Shown in pieces: positions 1-12,500 of a DNA stretch of 64,000 bases (position 1 is its first letter; every line of letters starts with the position of its first letter). The notes beneath the pieces were generated by a model. It was not told the DNA's origin, made no database searches, and saw nothing but the letters and a program-made list of their open reading frames with translations. The position numbers and the translations under genes are program-made. Source of the DNA: Mantamonas sphyraenae STR306. Taxonomy: Eukaryota; Protista; CRuMs. The DNA is taken from positions 310,001-374,000 of the forward strand of contig JAPMXV010000055.1 in assembly GCA_026936335.1 (NCBI GenBank). The letters run 5' to 3'.

Positions 1-104
1 TTGCTGCTGCCAGCGCATGGCAAGGGCAAAAACTGGCACCAAAATCAACTCACCACGTCGAGCTCCTCGATGCGCCGCTTGGGCAAAGACGACGCCTGAG
101 ACAT
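1..104 (-). CDS. Possible first exon (104..54, MSQASSLPKRRIEELDV) of an unidentified gene running off the left edge
   Basis: Minus-strand ATG at 104 with an in-frame TAG just upstream (113-111), 17 open codons, then GTGAGT donor at 53. No homology recognised. Confidence 0.35.
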
Positions 105-1268
105 GCCGGTCTACCTTGGGCTGCAGTGCGCATCGGACGCATGCAGCATGTTTAGTGTGCAGCAGGAAAAGAAAAGCAACCAGTGGAAGTGTGCTGTGTG
201 TGGTTTGAAACAAAGCGTGCGCAAGGTGAGTGGTTCCCGCCACGCGAGTTCCTGTTCCTGATCCAAATTCGAGCCAACTCCCGCGTGTTTGTCCCCACAC
301 AGGTGTATGCGCGCGCAGAGAAGGCCAAAGAGGTTCGCCCCATTGTACAGGAGCTCAACATGCGCCGTGGACAGGCACAAGAGCTTGTGGATGCTGCCAA
401 GAAGGATCGGGAAGCCAGAGCCACAGAGCAAGAACTGCAGCACTTTTTCGATGCTCAGGCCATGGGCGGTGGCATGCCGGAAATGCCACATGCGTTTTCA
501 GACACGGGAGCGACGCAGACACGCATACCCAGCCGGTGGGATGCGTATGTGCAACAGCCAAGTGCCGGCGACGAAGACGAGGAGGACGCAGACGAGGACG
601 AGATCGTCGACGGCGTCGTGTACAGTCTAGATTCGGATAAATGGGCCAAGGCGACAAAAAAGTCGCATGGACGGCAAAGGGCAAAGGGGCGACGGTCAAA
701 ACGCAAGTGGGACGCCGACGCAGAGATCGAGGAGGCCGCAGAAACACCGCCTCGACCGCGAGCCGTAGCGGCTCCAAAACGGCAGATGGTGCAGACTCAT
801 ACACAAGAGGACAAAGATATACTCTATGAGAGTTTGGACACACCGTCTGAGTGGGATGTGTACAAAGAGGAGGTTGCGGAAGACGACAACACGACGACAC
901 AGACGACGCATGACACGCTGTTCCAAGGGCTTCTGAATGTGGATGGAAGCGACCCATGGTTGGCCACAATGGGCATGAGGAGCAACCCATCCGTGGCATC
1001 AAGCACAGGCAGCTGGAATCAGCCACGAGAACCAGCGGAGAACACCCTCGACCATCGGACAACAACGAAGAAGAACAAAAAGACAAAGAGCAGGTGGTCG
1101 TCCTATCTGGCATCGTCGGACAACAGCGAGGCTCAGGGAGCACAAGAGGACGAGGACAACGCTGAGGAAAGTGTGTGGACCTCACCGGAAGCATTCTTGG
1201 CTGCGCAAGCCCAAGGCATCGCACAGTCTCACGCAGCAGCGTCCTCCTCTTCGGCGTCCTGGACATAG
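103..1268 (+). CDS. MRNIP: MRN complex-interacting protein-like (UPF0544/C5orf45); exons 103-225, 303-1268
   Basis: Exon 1 encodes MPVYLGLQCASDACSMFSVQQEKKSNQWKCAVCGLKQSVRK, matching the MRNIP N-terminal zinc ribbon (C..C..F.V.Q.KKS.KW.C..CG.KQS). Intron 226-302 (GTGAG...ACAG) joins in frame to VYARAEKAKEVRPIVQELN, followed by a disordered acidic tail. Confidence 0.8.
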
Positions 1269-2381
1269 TCCTGTTGGCGGGCAATGAAAAACGTGTAACT
1301 GAGCGTAATGACCTCTGTGTCCTGGAGCGCGGGGTCGTCGAGGATCTCCGGGTCCAGAAAGAAGAACACCGGCATATTCAAACTCTCCCCAGGCCTCAGA
1401 CGCTGCTCTTCAAAGCAAAAGCACTGGATCTTGTTGAAATAAGGACCTGCTTGCGGCGGCGTCACGTTGTACGTGGAAATGCCGATGATTGGCTCGTCCG
1501 TCTTGTTGGTCGCCTGTAGGCAGCACCATGTGTTTGTGAGTACCCTGTCGCCTGCACACGAACCTCGTGTTCCCTCGGGTTCCACGGTTCTCTCCATCCC
1601 CTCTCTGCTGACTCACTTTGTAAAAGGCAAGCGCCGTTTCGCCTGCACGCAGCTCGACCTCTCGCTGCATGGGCTGGAAGCGCCAGGGAAGCTGGGCGCT
1701 GGTGGTGGCCACAAAGCGCACCTTGAACATGCGTCCATCCACAGGCTTCATGACATCCACGTCTTCTTCGTCGTCGTCGTCGGCTGCGGCGCCTCCGTTT
1801 CCGCCGGCGGTGGAACTGCGTCGCACTGTGCCGCCATATCCAGTCACCTGACAGAACATGCGGTACAGAGGCACGCTTGCGTACGACAGGGCCAACGTCA
1901 GCAGGATGATACTCAGGGTGCGCGCCAGCATGGTCTGGTTGCGCTGGTTCAGAGCTTTTTCGGCGGCCTCCTTCTGCTGCTGTGCCCTGCTGCGCGAGCT
2001 CATGGCAGCCACACGCTGCACAACCTGTGCACCACGGCTAGCCTGCACACACGTGCGCAGTCCATTCAGCCCTACTGTGGCAGCCGCCACGTGCGTGTGC
2101 GCAAACGTCGGGGCGGCAACCACGGCCTCTCCAGGCAACACACGGTTGACTGTACCTCCACCTGCCAAACAATTCCTTTTATGCCAACGGCTGCTTGTGC
2201 GCATGCTTGCCCGCAGGATTGTATTCCCAGGCCCTGCTACGGTGGTGGCCGTCTTTCTTGATGCCGCCACACACACGCCTCTGCTGTTGTTCTGTACATG
2301 ACCCATGCCAACGGTGGTGGCAAGTCGACTGCTACACAAAGTGCGCGGCACTGTGGCAAGCGGTTGCGCACGTCGGAACAT
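1229..2381 (-). CDS. COX11: Cytochrome c oxidase assembly copper chaperone COX11; exons 2381-1617, 1513-1229
   Basis: SYASVPLYRMFCQVTGYGG, LPWRFQP.Q, GETALAFYK|ATN and YFNKIQCFCFEEQRL (CFCF copper motif). Intron 1514-1616 (GTGAG...ACAG) is in frame. Long Arg-rich presequence. Confidence 0.95.
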
Positions 2382-2419
2382 GGGAACGGTGGCGCGAATT
2401 GGGATGGCTCACGCTGCGA

Positions 2420-3553
2420 TCACCTGTCGCGCGAAGTCAAGTATTCTGCCAGCATCTCCATGGCTTCCATGCAGTACGCTGCAGGCACCTCTGCATTGTA
2501 CGTGCCAATGACGTAGAAGGTCTTGCTCTTGCACACCACAATGCCACGTGTGCGGTCGTCCTTGCTCTGTGCGTGCAGTGCAATGTCGTCGCATCTCGAA
2601 ATGTTAAAGTGCTCCTTGTCAATATCAAAGCCTTCTTTGGCCGAGCTCACGGGGATGCGGAACAGCAGGCACAGCCGCTGGATCTCTTCGTCCACCATGC
2701 TGAAATACGTGGTCTTTGTCCGCACCTCCATGCCCAAATCCTCCACCACCGCCGCGTGCTCCACGTGGCCCTTGTCTGCAAGCATATTTACAAGTTTCTT
2801 CAGGTCGATGTTGTCCAGCTTGCGCTGGTCCGACTGCGACACCTTTTTCGGGCTCGAGCTCTTTTTGCTCCTTGGCGACCGCAGCTCGCTCTTGCGAAAG
2901 CGCGCGTGTTGCCTGCAGCCACGCAAAGTGTGTGCCCAGTGTGTAATGTGCGCCCCAGAGTTGTTGTCAGCATCCATCCATGTGGCACACGCGCGCCGTT
3001 TCAACCCCGGCGTTCGCTCTTGCTCACAGCTCACTCACCTCCTCATTTTGCTTTTCGACGTGCTCTTCCGCGAGCTGCTGCGTGATTGTTTGACAGAGGG
3101 AACATCAAAGTATCCGATGTCGCTGGGCCGTGTGCCCTTTCGCTGGTGCTCTGTGCTCACTCGCTGCGGCGACAACTGCGAATGACCGTTGCTCGACGCA
3201 CCTGAAGACTCCACCGAGTCGTTGCGCTGCAGCATGACAATCGGCGACACTCGTTCGTCCTCGTCGCTGGCTCCGCTTCCGTCCACACTGCTCTGGGATT
3301 TCACAAACTGGCTCATCGGCGCCATCGAGTCGTGTGACTTGGTCGAGTTCCGCGACACACTGCGACGGAACCCGCTCACAGTCGACGCGTTGGCCATCAT
3401 CGACTCGTATCCACTCGTATCATCCGTCACCGAGCTGCGTGTGCTCTGTGTCCGCGTCCACACCATCCGTCCATTCGGGGTCAGTTGCCATGCGCCACCC
3501 ACGTCCGCGACGCCGCCTCCAACCAACCATTCCCCATTTGATTGGCCCCGCAT
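2420..3553 (-). CDS. Profilin-domain protein with Ser/Arg-rich disordered N-terminal extension; exons 3553-3039, 2912-2420 (5' end uncertain)
   Basis: C-terminal ~130 aa follow the profilin pattern (GHVEHAAV..., EEI...F, GF.I...F...R.DD, GIVVCKSKTFYVIGTY, MEMLAEYL). Phase-2 intron 2913-3038 (GTGAGT...GCAG) joins ORFs 3035..3739 and 2420..3034. The first in-frame ATG is at 3553. Confidence 0.7.
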
Positions 3554-6500
3554 GAGCTCGAACGATTTGGAGATTGAAAACCGCGATGAGCGCGTCGAGT
3601 GGCTCCGCGAAAAGGTGCGTGTCCCTCCCGAGTCCCTGTGCGCCTCCTTGGTGCATGATCCGCGCGCTCCCGTCGATCTTCCATGTGGCCCTCCCTGTGC
3701 CTGCCATGTCACACACAACACTCGGACATAAGCCCCCAAAGCAACGGCACACCCTATGCATGTGCCATGTCTGCAGTGACCTGCATAGCATGGCTACACA
3801 TGCTACGCCTTGCGCAAACGCCCGCTTTCGAGTGACCGTTGGCCGCCGCTCCACCCTCTGCAGCGCCCCCCTTGACTCACACACAACTGCCCACGCTTGG
3901 CCACTGATCTACACGCTCTCCCCACTCCCACTACCATCCACTCGCACAGGTTTTCTCCTCAATGAAAGTCAAGGCGGACAACAAATGGTCCAAGATGCTC
4001 AACCGCGACGAGTGCTCCATCGCACTCAAGGAGTTTTTGGATGGAAAGAAGAGTCGGGTGATTGTGTACGCCACGTCCAAGGACGAACTGGTGTCCGCAT
4101 CCGAGTTTCCCACATCCTTGCCTCGCAAGGTAAGTCTCCTCCCTGTCCTGGCCCAGCTCGCTTTCACTTGGCGCGCCACGACGCCAAAAAAAATCCTCTC
4201 CGCTCCGCCCGTCACCTTCCCTTCCCGCCGCCCCTGCGCCCTTGCCTCCGCCACTCACCCTGCCCCCCCCTTCCTCCCCCCACCACGTCACTCTCTCGTC
4301 TCTCCAGGCCTGCTTCTTCCTCCGTGACTCCAGCCTTCGCGGCCAACATCTCGAACTCGACTCCATGGACGACGAAATCTCCTGGGGTGACATCGGCAAG
4401 TCGCCGCTGAGCCACCTGGCTGTGCTGCTCAACGACGTTTACACGCCCATTCTGCGCAACAAGGCGAACCGTTCCCGATGGCCCGAGTTCAACGACGTGC
4501 TCAAGGACTTTTACAAGGTCAACGGACAGGTGACCATTGCCATGGGCAAGACCCACGGCAAGACTCTGCTGCCGCTGCCCCCCTACGACACGTCGACCCC
4601 CGACGTGGCCTCTCGCGACCACAACCTCATCCACCAGCTGGAGGGGTCCATCACAGAGTGGGCGCGCCAGATCAACCACGTCACCTCCCAGACTTCCGAC
4701 CAGGCCCTGCGCGAAGGCAACCACCCAGGGCCCCTCGTGGAGCTGGACTTTTGGCAAGACAAGGCTGCCAACCTGACGTCTATCCATCAGCAACTGTCCT
4801 CGGAGAAGATCTGCAAGATCGTCAAGGTGCTGGAGTTGGCACGTTCGCAGTACCGACACAGCTACCAGGACATTCTCTCCAACGTCAGCAAGGCCCTGCG
4901 TGAGGCTGAGGACAACGTCCGCTACCTCACACCCCTGCGCCCGCACTTTACCGAGCTGCACGAGCAGGAGCACTTTGCCGCTCTGCCGGCCCTCTTCCAG
5001 CCCATGCTCAAGCTCATGAGCCTGATCTGGGAGCACTCGCCCTACTACCGCAACCAAAGCAAGATTGCAAACTTGTTCCGCATGATCTGCAACGAGATCA
5101 TCTTCAAGGCCCACGAGTTTCTCTCGGCCGACAAGAGCCTGCTCACGCAGAACATCAGCGACGCCCTCTCCAAGCTCGAGGAAGCCTTCCACGTGTGCAA
5201 CACCTTCAAGTACTACGTGTTTGAGTACAAGAACAAGATCCAGAGCGAGACGCCCACGCACACCTGGCCCTTTGGCGAGAGCAGCAACGTCCTGACGCGC
5301 CTCAACAACTTTGTGGAGCGCCTGCGCGACATCATCGACTTGCTCCAGACCATCGATGAGTTCACCACCCTGGAAAAGGTGGAGATCGGAGGCACCAAGG
5401 GCAAGATCCTCAGCGCCCAGCTCGGCCAAATCTACACCGAGTTCAACGCCGCCGTCGATGCATTCAAGGACGTCACGTACGACATCCTCGACACCGAGTC
5501 CAAGGAGTTTGAACGTGACTGGAGCGAGTTCCGCCTCACCATCAAGGACCTGGAGCGCCGCGTGGGACACATCATCACCCAGGGCTTTGCCGACTCGGCC
5601 TCCGTTTCCAACGTGTTCAAGCTCCTCGACAGCTTCGATGGCCTGCTCAACCGCGACACCATCCAACGCGACTTTAGCAGCAAGTACGCAGACCTGCTGC
5701 ACCAGTTTGCCGACGAGGTTGCCGACGTGCACGAAATCTTCCGCTCGCAGAAACACGACCCGCCCATCTTTGTAAACATGCCGCCTGTGGCAGGCGCGCT
5801 GGGCTGGACGCGCGGACTCATGGACCGCATCTCGGGGCCCATGCGCTCGCTCAAGACGCTGGACCCCAAGGTGCTGGCCATGGATGAGGCCAAGGAGGTG
5901 ATCAACAACTACCAGGTGGTCATGCACGCCCTGGAGGAGTTTGAACAGGAACAGCACCAGGAGTGGGCTCGCGACGTCGACAAAGAGTCGCAGAGCAAGC
6001 TGCGCCAGCCGCTGCTGCGACGCAACGAGGAGGACAACACCCTGGTGGTGAACTTTGACCCCACGTTGGTGGCCCTACTGCGCGAAGTCAAGTACTTCCT
6101 CAACCTGGGCATGGACATCCCGACACAGGCCGGCAAGATCTACGACGACGGCGAGATGTACCGCAACTTTACGGGCAACCTTGACCTGATTGTGAACAAG
6201 TACAACCACATCCAGCTGACCCTTTTGGACGTGGAGCGCCCGCTGGTGCAGGACAGGCTGCAGGCCATCGACGACCAGCTGGAGAAAGGCCTGTCCCAAA
6301 TCGACTGGAAGTCGCACGGCATCAAAGAGTTTATCGAAACGAGCAACTACAACGTGGACGCGCTGGCCGAACGCGTGGACAAGATGAAGGAGAACGTGGA
6401 GACCATGGAGCGCATCCTGGGCAGCTGGTACGGCTCCCCGTTGCTCGAGCAGGGCGACACGCGACGCTTGCTCACCCTGGACGAAATTACTGAAAAGATC

Positions 6501-9500
6501 ACCGGTCGCTACGAAGACATCACTGACGGAGGCAAGAACATCCGTGCGCTGGTGGCAAAGAGCGCCAAGACCCTGGAGGTGCCCAAGACCATGCCGGCGT
6601 GGAAGAACTACGTGACGCATCTCAACGGCATTGTCAACGACGGCCTGAACCGCACCGTGTCCGTGTCGCTGGAGTACCTGACGGCACGCATCGACCCGAC
6701 CCTGCAAAAGCTGCACGAGCACCCGCCGCTGCTCGAGGCAGACATGATGCTGGTGGGCACCAACATCATGTTCCGCCCGGATCTCGACGGCGCACAGAAC
6801 GGCCTCGAGGAGTTTATGGTCAATGTGATCAAGCGCTTTTTCAACATCGGCACGCTGCTGCAAAAGCTGGACCAACCCGACGACGACTTTCTCACGCTGG
6901 TGCTGGCCAACGACTCGCTGCGCGAGATGAAGGACAACCTGCACCGTCTGATCAAGACGACCATCGAGCAGTGCCGCGCAGAGCGCGAGCAGTACATGCG
7001 CTACGCATTCCTGTGGAAGGAGGACCGCACCGAGTACCTGGCCCACTTTCTGCAGACGCGCGACGGACAGCCGCGCACGCTGGCCGAGTTTGAGGACCAA
7101 ATCAAGCGCTTTTCGGACTTTGCCGAAGAGGTGGCTGCCTTGCCTGCGTCCAAGACGGTGGGTTGGCTGCGCCTCAACTCGCGGCCGTTCCTCAACACCC
7201 TGTCGGCAAACATCAACAAGTGGAAGAACATGTTCACCGACCACCTGTACCAGGAGATCCTGGAGTCGCTGCAGCAGTACTACGACTTTGTGGAGGAGGT
7301 GACGATCGGCATGGAGAAGCCCGTCAAGGCAGGCGACTTTGAATCGCTTGTGGCTGTCATGGGCCACCTGCACGAGGTCAAGGTGCGTTCAGACCGCTAC
7401 GTGATGATGTTTGAGCCGCTGCGCGAGCGCGTGTCCCTGTTGCGCCGCTACGGCCGCTCTGTGCCGCCCGAGGTGATGAGGCAGATGGACGAGGGCCCGC
7501 AGCGCTGGATCGACACCAAGCGCCTGTGGTTGCACACGCGCGAGGCGCTCGACCAGCCGCAAAAGGCAGAGCGTACCAAGATCAAGGAGAGGCAGAAGCA
7601 CTTTGAAGTGCAGGTGGGCGAGTTCCGCAAGGAGTTTCTGGAGATGGCCCCGTTCCATTTCTCCACGCATGTGGAAAAGAGCTACGAGCAGCTGGATAGG
7701 TGCCACCAACGCGTGTTTGCCATCGAGGAGGAGGCGCACGAGCTGTCGCGCAACGAGGACCTGTTTGAGCTGAATGTGCACGAGTACCGCGCCATGACGG
7801 AATGTCGCGCTGAGCTGACGGACCTGAAGATGGTGTGGGACCTGGTGACCATGGTGCTGACGCAGTTTGACTCGTGGAACGCCACGCGCTGGTACGAGGT
7901 GGACACGGACATGATGGAGGACGAAACCAAGAAGCACGACAAGACGGTGCGGCGCCTGGACAGGTCGATCAAGGCCTGGGATGTGGTCAAAGGCATGCAA
8001 AAGACCATTCAGAAGATGGCGACCGCCCTGCCGCTGATCAGCGCGCTGCGAGCACCCGAGCTTGCGGACAGGCACTGGAAGCAAATCATGAAGGTGACCG
8101 GCAAGCGCATCGAGGTGACAGCCAACATGCGACTGAACGACATGTTTGACATGCACCTGGAGGAGCACAAGGTAGACATCGAAACGATTGTGGACCGCGC
8201 GCGACAGGAGTTTAAGATCCAGCAGCAGCTGGACGCAATCGAGAACGTGTGGGCATCCAAGACCTTTGTGTACGAAAAGCACGAGCGCACGGGCACCCCG
8301 CTTCTGGGGCCTGTGGGCGACGTGGTGGACACTCTGGAGGAGCACCAGCTGGTTCTGTCCTCCATTGCAGGAGACGACCGCGGCAGCAAGCATTTTGCAG
8401 ACACGCTGGAGAATTGGCTGCAGCGCCTCAACACGGTGTACTCGGTGGTGCGCCTGTGGCGCCGCGTGCAAAAGGCCTGGGACCACCTGGAGAACATTTT
8501 CATTGGGAGCGAAGACATCCGCGAACAGCTGCCGGAAGACTCGCGACGCTTCGACGGCATCGACGCAGACTTTAAGGAGTCGATGCAAGAGTACGCAGCG
8601 ATGCCGAACGTGCTGCAGGTGTGCATGCAGGATGGCATGCTGGACCGTTTCAAACGCCTGGACGCAGACATCGAGACGTGCGAGAAAGCGCTGGACTCGT
8701 ACCTGGAGACGAAGCGCCTTGCATTCCCGCGCTTCTACTTCATCTCTGATCTGGACACGCTGACGATCCTGGCCAAGGGCCACAACCCGACGAACATCCA
8801 GGAGCATCTGGGCAACATCTTTGACATTGCACGCCTGGAGTTCAAGACGGACAAGAAGGGCAAGCAGACAAAGGAGGCGGTTGCCATGATTTCGCGCGAG
8901 GGCGAGCGTGTGGCGCTGCACCCGACATTGGACTGCTCGGGACCCGTGGAGGTGTGGCTGTCCAAGCTGGTGGACGTGATGCGTTCGTCGCTGCGCCACG
9001 TGCTGAAGGACGCCATGAGCACGTACGAGTACAAGTCTCGCGAGGACTGGATCGAAGAGTACCCGTCGCAGATTGCGCTGCTCGGGTCGCAGATTGTGTG
9101 GACGCACGACGTGGAGAACGCGTACAAGAACATGGCGGACGGGGCAGAGAACGCCATGACGATTTACAACACGACGCAGCAGCACGCCATCAAGGCGCTG
9201 ATCCAGCGCATCCAGGGCAAGCTGACAGACACACTGCGCCAGAAGATCATGACGGTGACGACCATCGACGTGCACTCCCGCGACGTGGTGACGAGCATGA
9301 TTGAAAACAAGGAGGAGAGCGAGGGGTGCTTTGCATGGCAGTCGCAGCTGCGCTTCTACTACGACCAGTCGGACGCGGACGTGAACATCCGCATCTGCGA
9401 CGCGAGCTTCCACTACGGCTACGAGTACCTGGGCAACACAGGGCGCCTTGTGGTCACGCCGCTGACGGACAGGTGCTACATTACGCTGACGCAGGCGCTG

Positions 9501-12500
9501 CACCTGGCCATGGGTGGTGCGCCCGCAGGACCCGCCGGCACAGGAAAGACGGAGACGACAAAGGATCTGGGCCGTGCTCTGGGTCTCAAGGTGTATGTGT
9601 TCAACTGTTCCGAGCAGATGACGTTCACGAGCGTGGGCAACACGCTGAAGGGCCTGTCGATGTCTGGAACCTGGGGTTGCTTCGACGAATTCAACCGCAT
9701 TTCCATCGACGTGCTGTCGGTGGTCGCGACGCAGGTCAAGACGATTCTGGACGCGATGAAGCGCGCCAAGGCCGACGCACACAACAACCGCTTCCAGGAC
9801 TTTGAAGGTGCGGGCGAGCTTGAGCTGAACACGACGGCGGGCTTCTTCATCACGATGAACCCCGGCTATGCGGGACGCACAGAGCTGCCGGAGAACATCA
9901 AGGCTCTGTTCAGGCCTGTGTCGATGGTGGTGCCGGACTTGCGCCAGATTTGCGAAATCAAGCTGTACTCGGAAGGCTTCGAGCACGCGACGGAGCTGTC
10001 GCGCAAGTTCACGACGCTGTTCTCGTTGTCGAACGAGCTGCTGAGCAAGCAGCTGCACTACGAGTGGGGGCTGCGCTCCATCAAGGCCGTGCTGACCATC
10101 GCCGGCCGCCTGAAGCGCCAGTACCAAAAGGCAGACGAGGAGAAGCTGCTGTACATTGCCCTGCGCGACTTCAACCTGCCCAAGCTGCACCACGAGGACG
10201 TGAGCATCTTCCGCGGCCTGATCCGCGACCTGTTCCCCAAGGTGAAGGACCCCGAGCGGGAGAAGCAGGGATCACTGGACGACGCCGTGGAGCAGGCCAT
10301 CCGATCGGCGGGTCTGCAGAACGAGGGCCAGTTCAAGACCAAGATCTTGGAGCTGGCACAGCTGCTGTCTGTGCGCCATTCGGTGTTTATTGTGGGCAAC
10401 ACGGGCACGGGCAAGACGGCAGTGTGGCAGACGCTGGCCGCAGCAAACGACCTGATTGGCCAGCGCACGTACGTGGCCGATCTGAACCCGAAGGCCATGT
10501 CGTCGGACGACCTGTACGGACACAAGAACAAGCAGAAGGAGTGGTGCGAGGGTCTGCTGTCGTTCCTGATGCGCGAGTTTGCGCACAGCGGACGCACGAC
10601 GCCGCAGTGGCTGATGCTGGACGGCGACATTGACGCAGGGTGGATCGAGACGATGAACACGGTGATGGACGACAACAAGGTGTTGACACTGGCCAACAAC
10701 GACCGCGTGTTCCTGACGGACTCGATGCGCATGCTGTTCGAGGTGGACAACCTGCGCAACGCCACGCTGGCCACTGTGTCGCGCGCTGGCATCCTGTACA
10801 TCAACGAGCACGACATCGGCTTCCAGGCGTTTGTCAACTCGTGGATCGAACGCCGCGCAAACAAGGGCGAGCAGAGCGTGCTGACAATCCTGTTTAGCAA
10901 GTTTGTGCGTCCGGAGAACTTTGCCAACCTGCGCGCGAAGCAGTTCCACTACGTGGTGCCCATGAGTGACTTTGCCATGGTCAACACGCTGTGCGATTTG
11001 CTCGATGGCCTGCTGATCCCCGAGAATGTGGGCTACGAGGCGTCGCCGGACAAGGATCTGTACGAGACGTACTTTTTGTTTGCGCTGATCTGGGCGGTTG
11101 GCGGCGCGCTGATGACGGACTTTGCAGACACGCTGAAGCGATTCGACAAGTTCTTCCGGCAGGAGTTCCGCAGCAGCAAGCTGCCGCCGCAGGGCCACCT
11201 GTTTGAGTACTGCGTGGACCGCGAGGAGAAGAAGTTTGTGCGCTGGGACAAATTCGTGCCCGCGTACCAGCACGAGTACGACGTGCCTGCGCAACAGCTG
11301 GTGGTGCACACGGCCGAGACGACGGCTCGCAAGTACTGGATGAACCAGCTGGTGATGAACGAAAAGTACCCGTTGCTGGTGGGCCCCGCAGGTGTGGGCA
11401 AGACGATGCTCGTGCGCGACCTGTTGGACCACTTGCCGAAGGACATGATCCACGGCACCATCAACTTCAACCACTACACGGACGCATACACGCTGCAGGT
11501 GATCATGGAGCAGCCTGCGTTCCTGCAAAAGACGATTGGATTCAACTATGCGCCGCCGAACCGCAAGAAGCTGGTGTTGTTCATCGACGACCTGAACATG
11601 CCACGCGTGGACGAATACGGCACGCAGAGCCCGATCACACTGCTGCGCCAGCACATGGACTATGGCCATTGGTACGACCGCAAAGAGATCGGCGACCTGC
11701 GCAAGGTGCACAATGTGCAGTACATTGCCTGCATGAACCCCAACGCAGGCAACTTTAACATCAACCCGCGCCTGCAGCGTCACTTTGCAGTGTTCTACGT
11801 GGGCATGCCGAACGGCGAGTCGCTCAAGACCGTGTTCCAGGGCGTGCTGGGCGGCCACTTGCAGATGTTCCCAGAGAGCGTGCGCGGCATCCAGGACAAG
11901 CTTGTCAAGGCGTCGCTGACGCTGCACGACAAGGTGTGCTCTGTGTTCCCGCCGTCGAGCGAAAAGTTCCACTATCAGTTCAACATGCGCGACCTCAGCA
12001 ACCTGCTGGGAGGGCTGCTTGTTGCGGATCCAGAGGACATCCGCACCCCGTTGCAGATGGGCCGTCTGTGGATGCACGAGAGCATGCGCGTGTACGGCGA
12101 CAGGCTGATCAACGACGACCCCAACATCTTTGAAGCCATGCTGGGAACCATTGGCAAGCAGCAGTTGGACGACAAGAACGTTGGCCTTGACCCGGAGCTG
12201 GTGGTGGCCAAGCCGTGCCTGTTTGCACACTTTAGCGGCGGACTCAACGACCGTCGCTACGGCGAGATCGGAAGCTACGAGAAGCTGAGCAAGCTGTTGG
12301 AGCAGGCGCTGCGCGACCGCAACGCAACCACAACCGACGCCTACATGGATCTGGTGCTGTTCCAGGACGCCATGGAACACGTGTGCCGCATCAACCGCAT
12401 CATTGAAAGCCCCGCAGGCAACGCACTGCTGGTGGGTGTGGGTGGTTCGGGCAAGCAGAGCCTGTCGCGCTTGGCGGCGTTCATTTCGGGCTACGACGTG

